The notes under the pieces are model-generated. The model ran no database searches. It was not told the DNA's origin and saw only the letters and a list, made by a program, of their open reading frames with translations. Positions 51,022-58,051 of a stretch of DNA of 59,652 bases are shown piece after piece (positions within the stretch are counted from its first letter, which is position 1; each line of letters begins with the position of its first letter). The stretch spans positions 1 to 59,652 of the forward strand of contig DASUFQ010000123.1 in assembly GCA_036274515.1 (NCBI GenBank), given 5' to 3'. This DNA is from Gemmatimonadales bacterium (GTDB lineage: Bacteria > Gemmatimonadota > Gemmatimonadetes > Gemmatimonadales > GWC2-71-9). A program made the position numbers and the translations under genes.

Positions 51022-51858
51022 GTGGCCACCCCCTCGCTCACGCGGCATCGGCTCGCCGGCTACCTCGGCGAGGTCCTGGTCGACGTGCGCGCCGGAGACC
51101 GCAGGCATCCGCGGCCGGCCGTGGTCATCCTCCCCGGCTTCAAGGGATTCAAGGACTGGGGGATGTTCCCGCCAACGGCCGATCGGCTGGCCAGGGCGGG
51201 CATCACCGCCGTCAGCGTCAACGTGAGCGGCAGCGGCGTCGACGACCAGGGAGAGTTTTCCCTTCCCGATCGCTTTGCCCACGCCACCTTTTCCGGCGAC
51301 CGGTCCGACGTCGTGAAGGTCATCGACGCCCTGGCCTCCGGCGGCCTCGGCCTCCCGGCGCCGACGTCGATCGGGCTGCTGGGCCACTCGCGGGGCGGAG
51401 GCCTGGCGGTCCTCGCCGCGTCGGTGAACACCACTGTCTCCGCCCTCGTGACCTGGGCCGCCATCAGCCATGTCCACCGATTCTCGCCCGCCGAGGTGGC
51501 GGGATGGAGGTCCAGCGGCCGGCTCGATGTGCTGAACGCGCGAACCGGACAGGTGCTTCCGATGTTCACCGATGTCCTCGACGACATCGAGCGGAACAGC
51601 GCCGGCACGCTGGACATCCTCGGGGCGGCGGGACGGCTGGCCGTCCCCTGGCTCATCCTTCACGGTGAGTCCGACGCCACGGTGACCCCGGCGGAGGCGC
51701 AGGCGCTGCATGCCGCCGCACCGCGGGTCGCCGAACTCCGGCTCGTCGCGGGGGCGGGCCACACCTTCGGGACGGTCCATCCGTGGGGGGGCCCCACCCC
51801 GGCGTACGAGGTGGTGGCCGACGCCACCCTCGGGTGGTTCGGCCGGAACCTCCGCTGA
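51022..51858 (+). CDS. Alpha/beta hydrolase
   Basis: GHSRGG nucleophile elbow, a late HGESD block and GAGHTF. Confidence 0.75.
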   Translation: MATPSLTRHRLAGYLGEVLVDVRAGDRRHPRPAVVILPGFKGFKDWGMFPPTADRLARAGITAVSVNVSGSGVDDQGEFSLPDRFAHATFSGDRSDVVKVIDALASGGLGLPAPTSIGLLGHSRGGGLAVLAASVNTTVSALVTWAAISHVHRFSPAEVAGWRSSGRLDVLNARTGQVLPMFTDVLDDIERNSAGTLDILGAAGRLAVPWLILHGESDATVTPAEAQALHAAAPRVAELRLVAGAGHTFGTVHPWGGPTPAYEVVADATLGWFGRNLR

Positions 51859-51931
51859 ACGCTGAATCCCACGACGCGGGCTCGCCGTACCGGGAGAGTT
51901 CCCGACCGCGCCCAATTTCCCGTGAGGGCCC

Positions 51932-52432
51932 ATGCCACGCACATCGAGCTTCCGCTCCGCACTCCTCGCCGTCCTCCTGGGGCAGGCCTGCACCGCCGCT
52001 CCCGCCGCGCCTCCCGACCCCGCCGCCGTGCGGGCATCGCTCATCGCCGCCGACGAAGCGTTCGCCGCCGCGACGGCGGAGTACGGGCTCGAGGGGTGGG
52101 TGGGCGCGTACGACAGCACCGGCATCCAGATGGCGCCCGACGATCCGTACACCCCCGGAATCCCCGCCATTCGAGCCGCGATGGCCCCGGTCTTTGCCGA
52201 CTCGACCTTCAACCTCACCTGGACGCCGACGATGGCGTTCGCAAGCGTCGACGGCACGCTGGGCTACACGCTTGGCACCTGGATGAGCACGCGGTACAAC
52301 GCGGAGGGGAAGGGCCAGGTGGTGACGGGCAAGTACGTGACGATCTGGCGGAAGCAGGCCGACGGCAGCTGGAAGGTCGTCTTCGACGGCGGCAATCCCG
52401 ACACCTCGCCGCGGCTCCCCTCTCCGTCGTGA
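51932..52432 (+). CDS. Secreted SnoaL/DUF4440-like (NTF2-fold) protein
   Basis: Signal peptide, then the typical C-terminal GKYVTIWRKQADGSWKVVFD. Confidence 0.65.
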   Translation: MPRTSSFRSALLAVLLGQACTAAPAAPPDPAAVRASLIAADEAFAAATAEYGLEGWVGAYDSTGIQMAPDDPYTPGIPAIRAAMAPVFADSTFNLTWTPTMAFASVDGTLGYTLGTWMSTRYNAEGKGQVVTGKYVTIWRKQADGSWKVVFDGGNPDTSPRLPSPS

Positions 52433-53001
52433 CGCTGTTCCAGGCGCGCCTGGCGACGCGCCTTCGCGAACGTCCGGCCTCGACCGTCGAGGATCCGGGC
52501 CTCGCCCGCGCCGCGGTGGCCGTCGTGGTGGTGCCGGACCCTGATGCGGTCCTGCTGATCCGACGGGCGGAACGCCCCGGCGATCCCTGGTCGGGGCAGA
52601 TGGGCTTTCCGGGGGGCCGCAGCAGCGCCTCCGATCCCGACCTCCTCGCGACCGCGATCCGGGAAACCGGGGAGGAGGTCGGGATCCACCTGGCGCGATC
52701 GGCGCTCGCGGGCCAGCTCGATGACGTCGCGCCACGCTCTCCACACCTGCCGCCGCTCATGGTTCGCCCCTTCCTCTTTCTCCTCGAGGCGAGGCCGCCC
52801 GTCATCGCGAATCCCGAGGTTGCCGATTATCTGTGGGTGGAGTGGGCCTCGCTGCTCCAGCCCCAGGCATACCGGCCCTTCACCATCACCCTCGGCGAGT
52901 TGAGCCGGGAGTTCCCCGCCTACCACGTGAGCCCCATCCCCGTCTGGGGAATGACCGAGCGAATTCTCGCGCCGCTGGTCCAGCTCCTGTCGAGCCCCTG
53001 A
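52429..53001 (+). CDS. NUDIX hydrolase, CoA-pyrophosphatase type
   Basis: Trimmed from 51922 to GTG 52429 (GTGA overlap). NuCoA-like LLIRRAERPGDPWSGQMGFPGG followed by the Nudix box ...AIRETGEEVGI. Confidence 0.8.
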   Translation: MTLFQARLATRLRERPASTVEDPGLARAAVAVVVVPDPDAVLLIRRAERPGDPWSGQMGFPGGRSSASDPDLLATAIRETGEEVGIHLARSALAGQLDDVAPRSPHLPPLMVRPFLFLLEARPPVIANPEVADYLWVEWASLLQPQAYRPFTITLGELSREFPAYHVSPIPVWGMTERILAPLVQLLSSP

Positions 53002-53035
53002 CCGCTGCACCCTCGAAAATTCAGGTAGCCTTGCG

Positions 53036-53053
53036 TTTAGCCTTGAGGCAAAA
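53036..53053. promoter_or_regulatory. Imperfect 18-bp palindrome TTTAGCCTTGAGGCAAAA in an AT-rich island; candidate MntR/DtxR-family operator
   Basis: 14 of 18 positions are dyad-symmetric (TTTwGCCT..AGGCwAAA). About 22 nt upstream of the mntR ATG. A second small dyad, TTAGG-CCTT-CCTAA, lies at 53058..53071. Confidence 0.4.
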
Positions 53054-53074
53054 TAGATTTAGGCCTTCCTAATA

Positions 53075-53773
53075 ATGGTATTCGCCATGACTCACGCGCC
53101 CAAACCGATGCAGCTGACCACCTCGGTTGAGGACTATCTCAAAGCCATTTACCGACTTACGCTCGGCGGGACGCCGGCCGGCACGACAGAAATAGCCAAC
53201 CTTCTGGAACTCGCGCCGGCCTCGGTCACCGGGATGGTCAAGCGGCTCTCCGAGCAAGGACTGCTGGAGCATGCGCCCTACAAGGGGGTCGAACTCACCC
53301 CGGTCGGCCGGCGCGCGGCGCTCCGGATGGTCCGTCGTCACCGCATCCTCGAGTCGTATCTCGTGGCGTTCCTGGACTACACCTGGGACACCGTGCACGA
53401 CGAGGCGGAGCGGCTGGAGCACGCCGTCTCCGACCGGTTGATCGAGCGCATGGCGTCCGCGCTCGGCAATCCGAGCGTCGATCCGCATGGGGATCCGATC
53501 CCTGCTCCGGACGGGTCGATGGTCGAGGTCATTTACACGCCCTTGTCGGACGTGCCGGTCGGCGAGACGGTGGAGCTTCGGCGGGTGGAAACGGGTCAGT
53601 CCGACCGTCTTCGCTACTTCGCCGAGCACGGGCTGGTGCCCGGCGCGGCGGTGCGGGTCGTCAGCCGGCAGCCCTTCGGCGGACCCCTCACGGTCCGGAT
53701 CGCGGGCGACGACCACCTGCTCGGCGCCGAACTCGCGGGGTCGCTTCTCTGCGCACGGGGGAACGTGGCATGA
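53075..53773 (+). CDS. mntR: DtxR/MntR-family metal-dependent transcriptional regulator with C-terminal FeoA/SH3-like domain
   Basis: [49 protein letters not shown]. Alternative ATG at 53087. Confidence 0.85.
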   Translation: MVFAMTHAPKPMQLTTSVEDYLKAIYRLTLGGTPAGTTEIANLLELAPASVTGMVKRLSEQGLLEHAPYKGVELTPVGRRAALRMVRRHRILESYLVAFLDYTWDTVHDEAERLEHAVSDRLIERMASALGNPSVDPHGDPIPAPDGSMVEVIYTPLSDVPVGETVELRRVETGQSDRLRYFAEHGLVPGAAVRVVSRQPFGGPLTVRIAGDDHLLGAELAGSLLCARGNVA

Positions 53774-55125
53774 GTAGCGCCGGCACCCCCATCGAGGAAA
53801 TGACCGTCGGCTGGCGGCTGCCCAGGTCGGCGCCGAGCCTCCCGGAATCGTTCCGCACGGTGTCGATCCCGTCGGGTGCGCCGTGGTGGAAGAAGATGCT
53901 GGCCTTTGCGGGACCCGGGTACCTCGTGGCGGTCGGGTACATGGATCCGGGCAACTGGGCCACCGACCTCGCCGGGGGGTCGCGCTTCGGGTACACGCTG
54001 CTGAGCGTGATCATGCTGTCGAACCTGATGGCGATGCTCCTCCAGGCGCTGGCGCTCCGGCTCGGCATCGCCACCGGCCGGGACCTGGCGCAAGCCTGCC
54101 GGGATCACTACTCCCGCCCCGTCAATCTCTTCCTCTGGGTGCTTTGCGAGATCGCCATCGCCGCCTGCGACCTGGCGGAGGTGATCGGGTCGGCGATAGC
54201 CCTCAACCTCCTGTTCGGCATCCCGCTGCTCTGGGGCGTGTGCATCACCGCCGTCGACGTGCTCCTGATCCTCCTCCTGCAGCACCGGGGGTTCCGCTGG
54301 CTCGAGGCGTTCGTGATCGCCCTCGTGGCCACCATCGGTGTCTGCTTCGGGGCGGAGTTGCTGCTGGCCCAGCCCGAGCTCGGGGCGATGTTCCGCGGGC
54401 TGGTGCCGACCGCCGAGATCGTCTTCGATCCCGGGAAGCTGTACATCGCCATCGGCATCCTCGGCGCCACGGTGATGCCGCACAATCTCTACCTCCACAG
54501 CTCCATCGTGCAGACCCGGAGCTTCGGCAAGACCGACGAGGGGAAGCGGGAGGCCATCAAGTACGCCACGATCGACTCCACGCTGGCCCTGTTCTTCGCC
54601 TTCTTCATCAACGCTGCCATCCTCATCCTGGCGGCCGCCACCTTTCATACCACCGGCAACCAGGGGGTGGCCGACATCGGCGACGCCCACCAGCTGCTCA
54701 CCCCCCTGCTCGGGAGCACGATGGCGAGCGTGCTCTTCGCGGTGGCGCTTCTCGCCTCGGGGCAGAACTCCACCATCACCGGCACGCTCGCGGGCCAGAT
54801 CGTGATGGAGGGGTTCCTCAACATCCGCCTGCCGGCATGGCTCCGCCGCCTGATCACCCGCCTGATCGCGATCATCCCGGCGGTGATCGTCACCGCGGTG
54901 GCCGGCGAACGGGGCAGCGGGCAGCTGCTCATCCTCAGCCAGGTCATCCTGAGCATGCAGCTCTCGTTTGCCGTGGTGCCGCTCGTCATCTTCACCAGCG
55001 ACAGGGCAAAGATGGGGGCGTTCGTCAACCCGCCGTGGGTCAAGGTCACCGCCTGGTGCGTGGCGGCGCTGATCGGCACGCTGAACGCCTGGCTCCTCGT
55101 GGAGACCTTCCGCGAGTGGCTCTGA
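53770..55125 (+). CDS. mntH: NRAMP-family divalent metal (Mn2+/Fe2+) transporter
   Basis: [28 protein letters not shown]. 451 aa. ATGA overlap with mntR. Confidence 0.95.
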   Translation: MSSAGTPIEEMTVGWRLPRSAPSLPESFRTVSIPSGAPWWKKMLAFAGPGYLVAVGYMDPGNWATDLAGGSRFGYTLLSVIMLSNLMAMLLQALALRLGIATGRDLAQACRDHYSRPVNLFLWVLCEIAIAACDLAEVIGSAIALNLLFGIPLLWGVCITAVDVLLILLLQHRGFRWLEAFVIALVATIGVCFGAELLLAQPELGAMFRGLVPTAEIVFDPGKLYIAIGILGATVMPHNLYLHSSIVQTRSFGKTDEGKREAIKYATIDSTLALFFAFFINAAILILAAATFHTTGNQGVADIGDAHQLLTPLLGSTMASVLFAVALLASGQNSTITGTLAGQIVMEGFLNIRLPAWLRRLITRLIAIIPAVIVTAVAGERGSGQLLILSQVILSMQLSFAVVPLVIFTSDRAKMGAFVNPPWVKVTAWCVAALIGTLNAWLLVETFREWL

Positions 55126-55856
55126 TGCGACACGCCACCCTCGGCGTGGTCGCGGTCCTGTCGATGCCCGCCTCCCTGCCGGCCCAGGACGGCGCGCCGA
55201 TCCGCGATAACAGCTTCCTGATCGAGGAGGCCTACAACCAGGACCGGAACGTGGTCCAGCACATCGGCGTCTTCACCAGCGGTCCGGAGGACGGCTGGGC
55301 GTTCAACTTCACCGATGAGTGGCCGGTCGGCGGGCTTCGGGACCAGCTCAGCGTGGGAGCCACGCTTCTGGAGACGGGCGCTGGTGCGGGATTCGGCGGC
55401 CTGGCGCTGAACTATCGAAGGCAGCTCGTCGGCCATCCCGAGGCCGCCGTGATCATGTCGCCCCGGCTGAGCCTGATCGCCGCCTTCGGGGATTCTGCCG
55501 AGGGCGGCCTCGCGGTCCAGGCCAACATCCCCGTCACGGCGGTCCTCGCGGACGCGCTGGTGTCCCACTGGAATCTTGGGGCGACCGTCGGCGTCGGCCC
55601 GACGATCCTGAACGCCGGCGGCAGCGTGGTCTGGCTGGCGGCGCCTTGGATGAACTTCCTCGTCGAGGGGCTGTTCCTGGGCATCGAGGGGGAGACTCCC
55701 GGGTATGTGCTCAGCCCCGGGGTGCGGTGGGCGGCGAACATCGGAACGGTGCAGGTCGTGCCCGGGGTCGCCGTGCCGTTCAACCTCGGACGCCGCGGGG
55801 GGAATGAACTTCTCTTCTACCTCAGCATCGAGCACCCGTTCGGGCCGACCGACTGA
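55125..55856 (+). CDS. Putative outer-membrane beta-barrel protein
   Basis: Trimmed from 53883 to ATG 55125, which overlaps the mntH TGA by 1 nt. Signal peptide (VVAVLSMPASLPAQD), then an alternating amphipathic beta pattern. 243 aa. Confidence 0.5.
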   Translation: MRHATLGVVAVLSMPASLPAQDGAPIRDNSFLIEEAYNQDRNVVQHIGVFTSGPEDGWAFNFTDEWPVGGLRDQLSVGATLLETGAGAGFGGLALNYRRQLVGHPEAAVIMSPRLSLIAAFGDSAEGGLAVQANIPVTAVLADALVSHWNLGATVGVGPTILNAGGSVVWLAAPWMNFLVEGLFLGIEGETPGYVLSPGVRWAANIGTVQVVPGVAVPFNLGRRGGNELLFYLSIEHPFGPTD

Positions 55857-55875
55857 GCGTCCCGGGGCCCCCCGC

Positions 55876-57465
55876 TCAAAGTCCCAGGCGAAGCACCAGC
55901 CCGGCAGTTCCCCATCGCGAGGCGCCCGTCGCCGAGAGGTACGCGCCGTTGGCGATGCCGGCAAACGCCTCGAGCCGGTTCCGGGCGGCGAACCACCACC
56001 CCACCCTCCCCTCCAGGTGCGCGTCGAGTTTCCAGTTGCCGCTGGGCCCGATCTGCTGCACGCCCAGGCCGCCGCTCCACCGGGTCTCCCACCCGCCGGC
56101 CGCGCGCGCGTACCCTCCTCGGGCCTCGACGACGGAAAAGCGGTCGGGGGAGAAATACTCGGGCTCGGGGTTTTCATACCAGCCGATCCGGACGATGCCG
56201 CCCGCGAAGAAATGCCGGGGAAGCTGCTTCGTGACCGCCAGCACCGCCGAGCCACGCAGGTTGCCGTCGCTGAACCAGGCCGCGCCGCCCCCGGCGCTGA
56301 GCGAGAGCCCGGGACCGAGGGTGGCGTCAAGCGTCCCGTCCACCGCGTCGATGTCGATCCCGGCCCCGATGAGCGTCGCCGACTCGGCGAACGGGAAGTG
56401 GGAGTACTGGACGCCGATGGCAATGTCTTCGTGCGTGCGGAGCCTGCCGCCGAGCCGGCTCGTGGGCGCGGTGCGAGACACACCGCCGTCCGGCCAGAGT
56501 CCCTGCAGGCCGAAGGCCCCGGTCAGTTCCCACCGGCGCTGGGCGTACGTCGCGCCGAACTCCGCCGTCCCGCGGGTGGCTGACATTGCCGGCGCACTCG
56601 ATCCCTCGTAGGCCCCGATCGAGCCGAATCCTCGCACCCGGTCCGCCACCGGCGTCGTGGCGGACACGACCTGCCACCACATCGAGTTGTCGTCCGAGTC
56701 GCCATCCCACCCCGCCGTGAGGTCCACCGCCGGCTGCACCGCCCGGAGGATCGCGGAACGGACCTGCGCCGCTTCGCGGCTCGCGGGGCTGAGGCTCACG
56801 GCGCTGTCGGCCTGGGCGAGGGCCTCGATATCCCGCCCCTCAGCCTCGAAGACCTCCGCGAGGCCCATCCTGGCTGCCAGGTCACCGGGATCGAGGGCCA
56901 GCGCGCGTTCGAATCCGCCGGCCGCGTCGGAGAGCCTCCCCTCCCAGTACGACAGGAGAGCCACGCCGTTGAGCGCGCCGGCATTCGCCGGGTCGCGGAC
57001 GAGGACCAGCGCGTAGAGCGAGTCGGCCTCGCGGTCGCGCCCTTCCCACGCCAGCGTCCGCGCTTTGCCCACGAGTCCCGCAGGGCCGTCCGGGTCGAGT
57101 GCGATCAGGGAGTCCCAGAGCGCCAACGACTCGGGAAAACGCCCAGCCCAGCCCAGCAGCTGCGCCTCCATGGCCGCCAGGGCCAGGTGGGCGGGATCAG
57201 CCGCGCGGGCGCGCGCGAGGTCGCTGAGCGCCGGCTCGAGCCGGCCGCCCCACGCGGCGATGACGCGCCGGCGATACTCCTCGCGGAACGAGGCCGGATC
57301 GGGGCCGGGGGTGCGGAGGTAGGCGTCCCGCGCGACGCCGTATCTCCCCTGGTTCCACGCCGCCTCCGCGTCGGCCACCTGGGCAGCGAGGGCGCGCGCG
57401 GGGGCGAGCAGCACGAGCGCCGCGAGGGTGCAGCCCCCGCGCAGGAGTGATAGATTCGGGCGCAT
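55876..57465 (-). CDS. TPR-repeat protein with C-terminal beta-barrel-like domain (PgaA/YaiO-like architecture)
   Basis: Trimmed from 57909 to ATG 57465 (MRPNLSLLRGGCTLAALVLLAPARALAAQ signal peptide). About 250 aa of TPR-like repeats, then about 270 aa rich in G/W/Y alternating strands. Confidence 0.55.
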   Translation of the reverse strand: MRPNLSLLRGGCTLAALVLLAPARALAAQVADAEAAWNQGRYGVARDAYLRTPGPDPASFREEYRRRVIAAWGGRLEPALSDLARARAADPAHLALAAMEAQLLGWAGRFPESLALWDSLIALDPDGPAGLVGKARTLAWEGRDREADSLYALVLVRDPANAGALNGVALLSYWEGRLSDAAGGFERALALDPGDLAARMGLAEVFEAEGRDIEALAQADSAVSLSPASREAAQVRSAILRAVQPAVDLTAGWDGDSDDNSMWWQVVSATTPVADRVRGFGSIGAYEGSSAPAMSATRGTAEFGATYAQRRWELTGAFGLQGLWPDGGVSRTAPTSRLGGRLRTHEDIAIGVQYSHFPFAESATLIGAGIDIDAVDGTLDATLGPGLSLSAGGGAAWFSDGNLRGSAVLAVTKQLPRHFFAGGIVRIGWYENPEPEYFSPDRFSVVEARGGYARAAGGWETRWSGGLGVQQIGPSGNWKLDAHLEGRVGWWFAARNRLEAFAGIANGAYLSATGASRWGTAGLVLRLGL

Positions 57466-57898
57466 GGAGATACCACCAATGTCTGATGCGAGAGTCCCAG
57501 CGGCAAGCGCCGGCCCGGATACGAGGACGCTTGGCCGAACGCTGGTCGACACCTTCGGGAAGGGCTGGGCCAAGGGAGACGTCCCACTCCTGATGTCCGT
57601 CTTCAGCGAGGACGCGGTGTTCATCGACACGCCGTTCAGCGCCCCGCTGAAGGGACACGAGGCGATCCGGTTGTACTGGAGGGACGTCCCGGTCCACCAG
57701 GCCGAGGTGGTCTTCAGCAGCGGCGAAATCTTCGCGGCAGGTCCCTGGTTCTCGGCGGAGTACAAGGTCACCTTTCGCCGCCGCCGCACCGGGGAGGCCG
57801 TCGAGGCCCGTGGGGCCATGTTCTGCGAAACGGCCGGCGGCAAGATCACCGAATTGCGGATGTACTGGCACCGGTCCGCCGGGGGACGGGAGGGGTAG
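57464..57898 (+). CDS. SnoaL-like / NTF2-fold protein
   Basis: FGKGWAKGDVPLLMSVFSEDAVFIDTP...GHEAIRLYW...KITELRMYW. Start uncertain: ATG 57464 or ATG 57479; the track uses 57428. Confidence 0.6.
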   Translation: MEIPPMSDARVPAASAGPDTRTLGRTLVDTFGKGWAKGDVPLLMSVFSEDAVFIDTPFSAPLKGHEAIRLYWRDVPVHQAEVVFSSGEIFAAGPWFSAEYKVTFRRRRTGEAVEARGAMFCETAGGKITELRMYWHRSAGGREG

Positions 57899-57972
57899 GA
57901 TTCGTCCACTCAGCGGGACGGGTTCCGGCTCCAGGAAATCATTAACCCTTTTCCATGTAATACTTTAGCAGC

Positions 57973-57988
57973 TGGCACGGCCCTCGCT
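57973..57988 (+). promoter_or_regulatory. Sigma-54-type -24/-12 promoter candidate (TGGCACG-N4-TCGCT)
   Basis: GG (57974-75) and GC (57986-87) have exactly the consensus spacing of TGGCACG-N4-TTGCW. One mismatch in the -12 element. 64 nt upstream of ATG 58052. An AT-rich stretch lies just upstream. Confidence 0.35.
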
Positions 57989-58051
57989 GTGGGAGCGTGT
58001 GATCACCACCGGTTCGTTGCCGGGACTCGTCCGCTCTGCCAGGAGGACATC

